Of a stretch of DNA of 64,000 bases, positions 12,313 through 23,636 are shown piece after piece. Under the pieces are notes generated by a model. The model saw only the letters and a program-made list of their open reading frames with translations, was not told the origin of the DNA and made no database searches. Source of the stretch: Obrimoposthia wandeli (lineage: Eukaryota); contig CDROCS010000636.1 of assembly GCA_977020255.1 (NCBI GenBank), positions 1 through 64,000 of the forward strand, given 5' to 3'. A program made the translations under genes and the position numbers. Numbering within the stretch: position 1 is the first letter of the stretch; each line of letters opens with the position of its first letter.

Positions 12313-14180
12313 ATGTCCACAACAATGATGATGATGTTAGTAATGTTCATGGGAATGCAACAGGAATCAGGACTGATAGCATACGACTGTAGCATACCAA
12401 AGATGGGACAAAAGTATTCACTGCTTGACAGCGAAGACTGTCCAGAATCACAACCGTCAAAATTAGAAGTTAAAGGTGTTGAAAACTACTTTGTGTATCA
12501 GGATGTTGATAAAGTACAAGTAGAAGTGAAAGAATGTTCAATCCATTCAAGTTATCACGAATTCTATTGTGGCCATAGAAGTTTTATGTCGGAAATCACA
12601 CCTACCACACCGTACAAAGCACATAAGGTTTTGCCGAGAGATTGCGAAGACGCATTTCGAACGGGAACAATAGAAGTAGACAAGAATTACAAACCTGATG
12701 TAAAAATTGGAGTAAGACGATACGAAACAGTCACGAGAGTCGGACAACGATGGGCTGATGGATCTTGTGACGGAGGAACAAAAAACGTGCGTGGAACCAA
12801 AGTAACAGAGTTAGTAATGGACGTAACTTACAAAATCGAATTAAAAACATGGACCGCCAATTTTGATAAAAAGACACAACTAATGATGAAGTATCCAGAA
12901 TGTAAAATGACAGATACATCTTGTTTTACAGGCGAATCCACAATTGTGTATCACGTGAATCCGAAACAATGCTCTTTAGTATTTTTGAAAGAGATTAGCT
13001 TTAACAAAATAAAAGGATTCCTGTATAATAAAGATGGAGAAGGATTCCTGTATAATAAAGTTGGAAAAGGATTGCTAAATGAAACAAGACCAATTCCAAT
13101 GACAAAGACACCTACACTGTTAATGGCAACATCAATAGAAGAAGGATTGATATTTATTAAAAAGAGAAACAAAGCGCGATGCGGAATGACTGTTAGTACT
13201 ACAAACTATCCAGCAATAGTTTTGTCCAAAGAAGCAATAGCATTGGCAGAAACCAAGCTAAAACCAAAAAATATGCAGCTACACACGTATTTTAATAATA
13301 AAATTGATTTCTATTATCATAAAGGATTGATGCAAATGGAACAGTTATATCGGATGATGATCGAAAGAGATTGCCAGCTAAACAAAGAGATCGTAAGAAC
13401 AAAGTTAGCATTAGCTATTACGAATCCAGACATGGTAGCACCATTATTACCCTTGGATGAAGGAGTATTTGCTAAAACCATGGGAGAAGTATTGTATACT
13501 TACAAGTGTAATAAAGTAGAGGTACAGTTGAGAAAAACAGATCGATGTACGAGTGAATTGGCAGTAACGTATAATTTAAAAGATCTTTTGTTGAACCAAT
13601 CACGAGAATGATACTTCCAAAAGACACTCCAACTAAAGAAATCAGCTGCTCTAATATAATGGCACCTGAATATCAGATGACGAATGATCTATGGATAACG
13701 TTACCTGATCGAAAGCCAACGCAAAACCCCAGCGATGATAAAAATGACGAATCTTAAAGGTAAAATGAAATTCGAAGCGGTGGAAAATATGGAGAACGCA
13801 GGATTGTACAATGAAAAAGACTTAAAAGCGGCATGGAACGAAATAATGTTTCCAGTAAAAAGAGCCAGAGTACTTACGGAGATGGTACATCGAGCATTAC
13901 CGCCAGGAGCTAGATATGCGAATTTTGATATGTTGTTATCGCCAAGTCATTTCAAGGAAGCAGCACATCAGACACTTAGAAAGTTGTGGGGGAAATTCCT
14001 TGTTTTAGGACAATTATTTTCGGGTATCATAGGTATTTATGTTATAATTAAATTTGTGCAGGTAATTATAGCCCAGGTGTTGTCTACGTATAGTTTATAC
14101 AGGATAACCGGAATCACCTGGCAACTTATAATTGGATGTTTTCCATTTTTAGCAAAATATCTAATGCACCATCATCACGA
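12313..14180 (+). CDS. env: Envelope glycoprotein of chuvirus (Jingchuvirales G)-like type, two frameshifts (~13595, ~13730)
   Basis: Internal signal-like MMMMLVMFMG then LIAYDC; Cys-rich ectodomain (YCG, GSC, CG..TTNYP, LY..MI..DCQL...KLALA..NPD, GEVLY.YKC..VEV..R.T..C..EL.V); C-terminal TM pair FLVLGQLFSGIIGIYVIIK...G.TW..I. Confidence 0.8.
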
Positions 14181-14529
14181 GAACGAGTTGCAAGCCCTCA
14201 AGAAGGAACAACACCAAACGAGAACCATGATGCGAGAACCAAAAAACTATCGAGACGACAACGACGACGATAATGATAGCCCAGGAGTATATGCAAAGAT
14301 ACCAGGAAAACCAAAGATTCCGTTACCAGACAAGGAAGAAGTGGCGTTAAACCTATATCCAATGAAGGAACTAAAGGAAGAGAAGGAAAAGTTCAAGAGA
14401 GGCATCTTAATGATAAGATGGCCTAAAGTGAGCTACAGTGAGATTCCACAAGCAGAGGGAAAAGACAAAAAAGATAATTCCAGAAGAATTCTGAAGTCTA
14501 GGATATCAAATGAGAATCCAAATGCTCCA

Positions 14530-14830
14530 CCCCAAGTAGCAGTAACATTGAACGGAAGAGAATATCTTGCCGAAGTTGATACTGGATCCGCAGTATCAGT
14601 ACTGAGTAAAGAAATCTTGTCATCAAAAGAATTAAGAGAAGTATGTCCTAGAAAATAGACATTTGTTAACGTAAATGGTACAGATGTAGTGTCGGAAGGA
14701 ACACTGAAATGTTCATTGAATATCGATGGAAGAGCATTGCAGTTAAATGCTAGAATATTCACAGATTGCGGTAGTCCAGTCATGATTGGGATGGACGTAA
14801 TAAGAATGTTTGAAGGAATAATTATACTAC
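14530..14830 (+). CDS. Retropepsin-like aspartic protease, copy 1 (in-frame TAG at 14656)
   Basis: LAEVDTGSAVSVL (DTG at 14578), VNG flap-like segment and IGMD; same frame on both sides of the stop. Confidence 0.8.
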
Positions 14831-15059
14831 CAAACAACAAGAGTTATAAGAATGACAGTTCAGTGAGAGAGATAAAAATGTTGAGAGGACCTATAGTCGA
14901 AAAGGAAAAATACACTACGTTCCGTATGGGAAATTTGTACCAAGACAAAAAACAGGAAGCGCTAGTAAAGTCGATACTTCACTACAAAAACGTAAACCTC
15001 GGACCACAAGAGATGACGAGGAGAAAAATAACATATGTGAATCTGTCAGAAAAGGATCC

Positions 15060-16050
15060 CATGAGATTCGAGAAAAAGAGACGAAATATATTAGAACTGT
15101 ACTATTCAAAAGAAATGGCACGTAAAATGGCAAGATCAGGTTTAGAAATGTTAAACGCGACAAGCAGTTATGGTCATGAGATAGTAGTACGATGCGTATG
15201 GTGTAGAGTAAAGTTTAGAGAGTGGGAAAAGAATGAAAACCCAATGAGACGTCATAAAAGAGATGCACCAAATTGTCCATTTCTTTTGAAACTGAAAACG
15301 TCAAACGTACCAGAAATCCAAAAGGGAAAAGCACCCGATTTCGATTACAGCGACGAGATTCCAAAAGGAAAATCAGCTCTAATAACAGGTAGAGTAATAA
15401 CGAATAGTCGAATTGAAGACATATTCGAAGTTATGCGAGAAGTGAACGAATGTGACGAACAGTATCGAGAAATAACTTTCGAAGATCCAAGACTTAAAAA
15501 ATTGGCAAAAAGGGACTTTTGCTATAAAAAAGGATGGTAAAGACGTAATTAAATGCCACAAGTGTAAAAAAGAACGAATTATCGACAGATATACTCTTGA
15601 GCTACCTAAGAAAATTTTACATCATGAATTTTGCGAATTTTGTACTTTTAAAAACAAAATAAAGCAAAAAGAACAGAAAACCGAATGTATAATCGAATAC
15701 CAAATCACACGGAAAGAGATTTTGGCTCAACAAGACACACCGGTAGTGTCATTCGTGAGAAGGTTATATCCAAAAGAAGCAGAAAGAATCAGAGATTTGG
15801 TAGAATTAAAAATAAAAACTACGCGAAATGGATACGGGACAATTTTTGAATTACTAAAAGATAAAGATGACAGTACAATTGAAACAAAAGAGAAAGAGTA
15901 CATAAATGAACTAGAATACGTACTAGAAGATCCGGAATGCGCAGTTTGCATGGTCAACAAAATAGAAGTTGCCTTTCTACCATGCGGACATGTAAGAACA
16001 TGTCGGAGATGTGCGAATGAAATGGTATCATGTCCGATTTGTCGAAGAAT
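15060..16050 (+). CDS. IAP-like module: BIR1, diverged BIR2 and C3HC4 RING
   Basis: BIR1 CVWC-X16-H-X6-C (15193-15276). BIR2 LAKRDFCY..KDVIKCHKC-X18-H-X6-C (15502-15643), split by a frameshift in an A-run at ~15530 and then in frame with pol. RING CAVC...FLPCGH..TC..CA....CPICR (15938-16042). Confidence 0.85.
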
Positions 16051-16159
16051 AATAGATCGACAAGTGAGAAACATTAGATTTCACTATCCAAACAAAGGAA
16101 GTGGACCGACAGAGTGTAATAATTCGATAAATACAATATACCATATGGGAAATATAAAT

Positions 16160-19100
16160 GGAGCACAGCGACCAGCAGCTATCATTAGAGTAAATAATTT
16201 AAGAGTAAAAGCCTTAATTGATACAGGTGCTGTAGCTTCGATAGTAAGTGAAGACTGTTTGACAGAGGAACAGAAACGAACAATGGCAGAACCAGATGAA
16301 TTCTTGGTATCGGTCAATGGAGACCCTGTAAAAGTGACGGGAATATTACCATGTACATTTATAATTGGACGTAATACGATCACTATACCAGTTAGAATCA
16401 TGAAAGAATGTCCTGAACCTACAATTTTAGGAATGGATGTACTATCACAACTTAAAGGGATAAGTATTGATTTACAAGATCCAAGATTGAAGGATAGCAC
16501 ATCAAACAGACAAATAAACCAAATTGATGTAATTATAGAGAATCCTATAAAAATCGGTAAAAGATCACAATTTCTCATTCAAGGTCACACATTATCGGAA
16601 GATAAAGGACCAGTTGTGTTCGAACCATCACGAGATTTCATAGAGAAATACGAATTACCAGTTGTGAGTACAGTATGCCTGATCGAAAACCACAAAATAC
16701 CAGTTAGACTGATGAATACAACCAACAATGACATTCTATTATACAGAGGAATGAGGTTGGGAAAGATAGCACAAATGGAGAATCCCACCGTGTGTGCTAT
16801 GAAACTCGATAAAGATACGAATGATTACGAAGAGATAGTAATCCAATCAGAAAGACTGACAACTAGAGAAAAGAAACAATTACTTGATCTAATACATAAA
16901 TTTCCGAAAGTAATTGCAAAAAATCCATATGACATAGGAGAAACACCTGTCATAAAACATACAATACCACTGACAGAAGATAAAGTAGTCAGAAGAAGAC
17001 CATATCGAGTACCATTACAGTTACAAGATGAAGTAAAAAGTCAGATCGAAGATATGTCTAAAACAGGAGTAATTAGACCGAGTTTTTCGCCATTCTCAGC
17101 ACCTGTGGTGTTGGTAAAAAAGAAGGATGGGAAAATGAGATTCTGTATAGATTTCAGAGAACTGAACAAGATCACAAGAAAAGATGTGTATCCATTACCT
17201 AGAATCGAAGAGATGCTCGATAAATTGGGTAATTCAGATTATTTTACAACATTAGATTTGCAAAGTGGATACTGGCAAATCGAGATAGAGGAAGAGGATA
17301 AACACAAAACAGCCTTTTCCTGCGGAGATGGATTATACGAATGCGAAAAGATGCCATTCGGACTGACAGGAGCTCCAGCAACATTTCAGCGTTGCATGAA
17401 TTTTGTACTCGCATCGTGTGCAAACACGATGGTTTATATCGATGACATAATAATATTTTCGAAAACGTTCGAAGAACATTTAAAAAATCTTGAAGTTGTA
17501 TTTAAAAGACTGGAAAACGCTAAATTAAAAGTTAAACCTACAAAATGCGAATGGGCTAAAGAGCGAGTAACATTTTTAGGACATATAGTATCGAAAGAAG
17601 GCATTCGACCTGATCCGGCAAAGATCGAGAAAGTAAAAGCGCATTTAGCGCCAAAGACTGTTAAGGAGATACAGAGTTTTTTAGGTCTTGCGAATTATTA
17701 TAGACGATTTGTTGAACATTTTTCAGATATAGCAACACCATTGAGAAAGTTGACGAGAAAAGATGAGAAGTTCATATGGGGAGAAGAAGCACAACAAGCG
17801 TTCGAACATTTAAAAGAAAGACTGATAAAAGCACCAATATTAGCGTTTCTAGATATAAACCGACAATTCATACTCATGACAGATGCAAGTAACTATGCTG
17901 TAGGAGCAGTATTGGGACAAGAGGATGACGAAGGAAGAGAACACGTCATCGCGTATGCGAGTAGAGGATTAAACAGAGCTGAAAGAGGATACTCTGTTAT
18001 CGAAAAGGAATGTCTAGCCATAGTGTATTCATGTAGACAGTACAGACACTATTTGCTAGGACAAAAAGTATTCCTGTATACAGATCACAAACCACTACAG
18101 TTCTTATATAAACATAGAGATGAGATGAGTAGATTAAACAGATGGTTTCTAAAATTGGCCGAATTCGATCTAGAAATCCGTTATAGAACCGGAAAGTCGA
18201 ACGGCGGCGCAGATTGTTTGTCGAGATTGACAAATGTAGACGAGAAAGGAAACATAATTCCAGAAGAAGATGAAACCAATGACCAAAAAGGAGAAGCAAA
18301 TCTACTGACGATTTTGCTAAAGACGGGTAAAATAGACAAAGAGATCATCAAAGAACAGAAAGAAGATGAAGAACTGAGTCTAATCAAAGAATTGTTGGTG
18401 AAAGGAGACCTAAACGATGAAATGACGAAGAAATACTCGATAAAAGAAGGAATCTTGTATATTGTCAATAATGTCGGAAAGATAGTAGTAGTAATTCCGA
18501 AGTCATTGAAAACAGCAGTGATGATCCAGTATCACGATGGAACACTAGGAGGACATCTGTCAGGGCGAAAGACAATAGCCAGAATCAAAGAGAAGTACCA
18601 TTGGGATGGTATGGAAGACGACATAAAACAATGGTGTAAACAATGTAAAGTATGTTTAACCAGAAAAGACACCGGAACTCGTACTAAAGTTCCACTGAAA
18701 CCAATGCCAGTTCCTTTGGCACCAATGGAATTCACAGCGATGGATATATTGGGACCATTGAGAGAATCAAGTAAAGGAAACAAGTACGTCATAGTATTTA
18801 CGGACTTACATGACGAGATGGGTAGAAGCATATCCCATGCAGAACCAGAAAGCTGAAACAATAGCGCAGATCTTAGTGGAAGAGATAATATTTCGATACG
18901 GAGTGCCTAGAAAGTTGTTAACGGATCAAGGTAAGAACTTCACTGGAGAAGTAATAAAAGCAGTATCGAAGATATTCGGAATCATGAAGTTACAAACTTC
19001 ACCATATCACCCACAAACAGATGGTCTAGTAGAAAGGTTTAATAAAACTTTATGTATGATGGTACAATCCTATTGCTCAGACAAGCAAGAGGATTGGGAT

Positions 19101-19560
19101 AAATATTTACCTTCATGTTTATATGCTTACAGGAATTCAGTTCGAGAGGCGACGGGTCACACACCATTCTATCTGATGTATCTCAGACAGAACAATATGC
19201 CGATGGATCTGGAGTGGACCAAGCCAACATCTCAGTATCTAGAAACTGAACAATACATTGTCGTCATGAAGGAAAGATTACAAGATGCTTGGACCAAAGC
19301 CGGATTGAAGTTGAAATTCAATCAAGAAGGTTACAAGGAACAATACGACAAAAAAGCAAAACCACATGAATTTAGAGTCGGAGATCAAGTGATGATATTT
19401 TATCCAGTCATCGAACCAGGTCTATTGTTTAAACTTCATAGACCATACAAAGGACCATACAAGGTGATCCAGACAACCTCAACAAATTTGAAAGTAATCA
19501 ACGAGGAGAATCGGAACAAGGAACCGATGATTGTACATGCAAATCGATGTAAATTAGTAC
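16160..19560 (+). CDS. pol: Pol: protease 2, reverse transcriptase, RNase H, integrase with GPY/F motif (frameshift ~18810)
   Basis: LIDTGA (16220); RFCIDFRELN, LDLQSGYWQI, YIDD (17435); TDASNYAVGAVL, EKECLAIV, TDHKPL; HHCC zinc finger; MDILGP, TDQGKNF, YHPQTDGLVERFN; YKGPYKV. Confidence 0.97.
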
Positions 19561-19745
19561 CAAATAAAGATAATGCATCACGATATGAGTTAAGATCACA
19601 GAAATTGAAGCCAAATACCAATACCATTAAACTTACACGAATGGTAAGTGATCGGAACTACATAAACATGATGACGAGTGGTAGCGAGGAAAAACCAGCG
19701 AGAATTGGTATGCTCAGAATGAAGCACCAAGAGGAAAAGGAAGTA

Positions 19746-20712
19746 ATCCGACACATCGCACCACAAGAGATATTAGAAGAAGATGAAGAGATAATAGTTG
19801 TTTTCGAAAAAACACAACCAACAGATGTGGCTAAAGAAGTCATTGTGAAAGATGCACTGACAAACGAATTTCTGTGCGAACTTAGAGTGTCATACTACGA
19901 CGGAAATACATTAATCGCAGCACTATATCAAAACTCCAATGTGTTTACGACTGAGAAAGTGATAATCGAAATCACATTGACACCAAACATAGTTGCATGG
20001 CAGAACTATGACAGTACTGAAGCAGGACTAGCCAGTCAGGAAGAAAAGGAACCGGCCGGTGGTCACATACTGCATGGTACACCAAAAAGACTCAAACAAG
20101 AATACCACGATGTAATAATGGTATTACGTAATTCACATGGGAAAAGAGATATCATGAGAGTTCATTTAATCGACGCAGACACCGAAAAGATAATTTGTCA
20201 GATGGACACCAAATACTTTGACGGAAAGACAATTGTATGTTGTATACCAGAATCTCACCGGTTAGACACAGATCAAACGGAAGTATCTGTAAGGTTGAGC
20301 GTAATAGAAGGATTTCATTCGCCAACCCAACCGGAAGTGACCAACAATAAAATCATCAAAGCAACGGCAGAGTTACGCATTGACAGCGGATACCGGAAGT
20401 GGGAAGCTAAAAATAAAAAACCACAAAGAATCAATATGATCCGAGAACAAGTGACCAACTCAATCCAGCCAAAATATCATGCTGAAATAGTATCATCCGC
20501 GCCAAGTGTGATTACATCGATAAACGACGAAATTATAATTTTACTAAAAAATCGATGGCCGTCATCAACCGAGATACGAGTAAATTTAATTAATTATGCG
20601 AAAACACCGATATCTAAGCTGAATGTTACCTATTTCGATGGATTATCCATCATGGGTAAATTGGAAACAATTGTCATGTGCTATGGAGCACAGTTCCAAG
20701 TTGAGATACTTA
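19746..20712 (+). CDS. Three tandem ~80-aa beta-rich repeats, possibly TIG/IPT (Ig-like) domains, after integrase
   Basis: Repeats share I...P......(D/E)(E/V)I(I/M)(V/I)...N......V...........Y(Y/F)DG.(T/S)(L/I); Y(Y/F)DG at 19893, 20214 and 20631. Confidence 0.5.
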
Positions 20713-20912
20713 AAGATAGCGTAATACCGTATCCGATTCACAAATACGAAGGGGAAATCAATCCAATTATTCTAACCCCTTCATTAATTTCAGTTCAGAC
20801 AGACATACCAGAATACCCTTCGAGCGAGTCTAGTCAAGACAGCGAACCGGAAAGTAACGATACAGAATAAACAGAATCCGAAGATAACATAATAGAGCGA
20901 TTCGGAAGAACC

Positions 20913-21659
20913 ATGGAGGTTGAATTCGCTAAAGAGAACAGAAAAAGACAAAACATAGAATTCGTGAAACAGAATATACAAGAAAGACGAATTAAATCTG
21001 CAGAAGAAACCGAGTCGGAAGAAGACTCAACAAAGGAACAGACATCAGAGACAAAGATGAATATCTCTCCAGCAATACGAATGCTGAGAGGAAAGAAACT
21101 GGCGAAACTATCCAACATCGACGAACAGATAGAGAAGAGATTAGAAAGACTAAAACTCGAAGAGTCAGAATTATTGCCACCAATGAGCGAGATCATTCCA
21201 GATAAGTTATACCTCGGAAATGTGGAAGATGCAACAGATGAAAAGAAACTGTTGGAACAAGGGATAACATACGTGATCAACGTTACAATGAATCACAAAT
21301 CACAATATCAGACAATCAGAGCTATGACATTAAGAGTAAAAGACTCAATGGACGCTAATCTTCTCGAATGGTTCGTAGAAACAAACGAAATACTTCACAG
21401 AGAACTCCGAAACCAAGGAAAAGTGTTGGTACATTGTCAGAAAGGAATTTCTCGATCAGCAACTCTAGTATTAGCATATCTAATAAAGACTAGACGAATG
21501 CAGGTACTAGAAGCGCTGAAATACCTACAGGAGAGAAGAAGTATTGCAAACCCAAATCTTAATTTTTTGGGACAGTTGGCAAATTACCAACTTCTGTTGC
21601 AAGAACAAAGACGGATAGACGACATTCCTGAGGATCCAAAGGAAAAGAATTTCCTCTAA
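20913..21659 (+). CDS. Dual-specificity protein phosphatase, catalytic motif intact
   Basis: MSEIIPDKLYLG, GITYVINVT, V.D, VLVHCQKGISRSATLVLAYL (HC at 21432), NPNLNFLGQL. Confidence 0.92.
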   Translation: MEVEFAKENRKRQNIEFVKQNIQERRIKSAEETESEEDSTKEQTSETKMNISPAIRMLRGKKLAKLSNIDEQIEKRLERLKLEESELLPPMSEIIPDKLYLGNVEDATDEKKLLEQGITYVINVTMNHKSQYQTIRAMTLRVKDSMDANLLEWFVETNEILHRELRNQGKVLVHCQKGISRSATLVLAYLIKTRRMQVLEALKYLQERRSIANPNLNFLGQLANYQLLLQEQRRIDDIPEDPKEKNFL

Positions 21660-21668
21660 GCATTATCG

Positions 21669-22931
21669 TTGACCGGGTTATTCTTAGCCGGAGTCGACAA
21701 AATTACACAGATAATGCCAAAAGTATTTTTATGTCATCCAGGAGATATAGATACTGCTGGATTAAAGTTCCACAGTATCAACCGAGTAATCAACATTGTT
21801 GAAGTCGGAAACGAAATAATCAGTCTGTGTCAAAATACTGAAGATGACACCACTCGATACATACATGCTTCCAATCGAGAGATAAACGATGCACAACAAC
21901 ATCTGACGAAATTGACTCAAACCATCCAAGCCGAAGTCACAGAAGGAAACGGCGTTCTGATATATCAGAAAAAAGGTACAATGTTAGCGCCTACCATAGG
22001 TGTATCCTTGTTGGTAGAGTACCATGGTCACACGCCAGAAGAAGCGATGGTCTACATCAAACAGAATAGACCAGATACGGAATTCAAACCGTTACTCGTT
22101 CGAGAAATAGAGAAGTACGCCGAAAAGAGGAAGCAACAACGAGAAACAAATGAAGCTACAACAACAGTGCCCAGCTTTCAATACCAAAGATTGCTAGCGA
22201 TAGGCTTGTTAAGTTGTCTAATGCCGATAACGGGAGCACAAGAGATAGGCTCCAACCACGGAAATAGTTCCTGGTTCAACGAAATCCACAACTACACCAT
22301 ACAGTACCATACGCCGGCACTGATGATGCTATTAGTGTTGTTAGGATTAATTGATGTGTGGATCATCCGAAAATGTCTCCGATCTATGAGAACCGACAGT
22401 AAAAGATTTCAGTTTGTAAAGATGAAAAGACCAAATGGACCGACGAACAAAGTGCTTGTGTATCTAGACGAAAGGATCGAGGATAACATAGTAAATGAAG
22501 CGATATTTTATCCACAAAACAGAATACTGAATCAATTCCGAATAGATTACGAAGCTGACCGACAGCGCACACTTGACCGAATATCAACAACATTCGCCGG
22601 ATGCAAGCGAAGAAAACGAATTGTAAAGGAAATAAAAAAAGATGCTGATACAAAAGGACCGACGTATATATTCGACGGCGATGTCATCAAAACACGTGAG
22701 TATGGAAGTAAGAGAGTGATAATTGAAACGATGGAAGGACATAAAACATGCTTGTCCGCTAAAAATGGATTCGGAAAGTTGATGATACAAGGTAAACAGG
22801 TACAGTTGATTATCGGGAAAAATGGAATCGAGGAGATGTCAAAACAACGACAGACAACAAAACGATCCAATCAGAAACAGATATCTCTCAAACGAATGAT
22901 AATTAAAACCCTTTGCAAAAGGTCAGTCTAG
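21669..22931 (+). CDS. ORF with a catalytically dead DSP-like domain, a small signal+TM segment and an unknown basic domain
   Basis: ITQIMPKVFL..INRVINIV..GVLIYQKKGTMLAPTI..L..Y.G.T.EEAM.YIKQNRP parallels the upstream DSP but lacks the HCxxGxxR Cys and Arg. Hydrophobic stretches LLAIGLLSCLMPITGA and LMMLLVLLGLIDVWII follow. Confidence 0.6.
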   Translation: MTGLFLAGVDKITQIMPKVFLCHPGDIDTAGLKFHSINRVINIVEVGNEIISLCQNTEDDTTRYIHASNREINDAQQHLTKLTQTIQAEVTEGNGVLIYQKKGTMLAPTIGVSLLVEYHGHTPEEAMVYIKQNRPDTEFKPLLVREIEKYAEKRKQQRETNEATTTVPSFQYQRLLAIGLLSCLMPITGAQEIGSNHGNSSWFNEIHNYTIQYHTPALMMLLVLLGLIDVWIIRKCLRSMRTDSKRFQFVKMKRPNGPTNKVLVYLDERIEDNIVNEAIFYPQNRILNQFRIDYEADRQRTLDRISTTFAGCKRRKRIVKEIKKDADTKGPTYIFDGDVIKTREYGSKRVIIETMEGHKTCLSAKNGFGKLMIQGKQVQLIIGKNGIEEMSKQRQTTKRSNQKQISLKRMIIKTLCKRSV

Positions 22932-22955
22932 GCCCTGTGCACCGTTGCACAAGGA

Positions 22956-23621
22956 TTGATCTACGGAGTAGTAATTGGATTAGTACTACAAGCCATGCCA
23001 ACCAGTAAAGCTGAAATGATGACATTATACGAGTATAATCTACATTTGAGAAATCTAGACAACACCCTCGAAATAATCAAGACGTCCCACAGTAAAGCCG
23101 TAAGGATCATGTGTGTAAAAGGATGTCCAGGACGAATGTGTATAGTTCCAGCGACCGAAATGAAAACACTTAATGGACATTATGGAGTTAGTATTGTCAC
23201 ATGTGAAGACTACACATTTGGACAAACTAAAATAGTACTTCTCAGTGACATGTCCAACCAAAGTGCACACAAATTTAAAATATTAACCATCAAGAGTAAA
23301 TGAATACCAGCAGTACGTTATGGTATTCTAGAATTGGTTAATCCAATACTCGCACTGATCATTGGATTCATAATATTAATATTACTCATCTTGTTTTGTT
23401 GTACAAAGATAGAGTTGAGATCAAAAAAGAAACGTCATGATCTTGCAAGACGAACAGGTCAAATGAATTTACAAAAATTCAACACAAGTATACCAAGACC
23501 ACCATTCCTAGATGAACCAGCACCGGAGTACCAGCCAACGATATATGAACATATCGAGGAAAGACCGTACTATATGAGTAATTTGAGTTGTTTCATTGAA
23601 ATTCCTGAGTTTAGGAATTGA
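22956..23621 (+). CDS. Putative type-I membrane protein (signal, Cys-containing ectodomain, TM, Tyr-motif tail); in-frame TGA at 23301
   Basis: LIYGVVIGLVLQAMPTSKA signal-like; ILALIIGFIILILLILFCC TM followed by RSKKKR; tail contains TIYEHI. Confidence 0.5.
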
Positions 23622-23636
23622 ACGATCATAGGAATC

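Noticed and set aside
8650-18860. Programmed ribosomal frameshifts at the ORF breaks
   Set aside because: The breaks are numerous and several fall inside conserved domains (Ubl, G, BIR2, integrase core), which fits indel errors or decay better.
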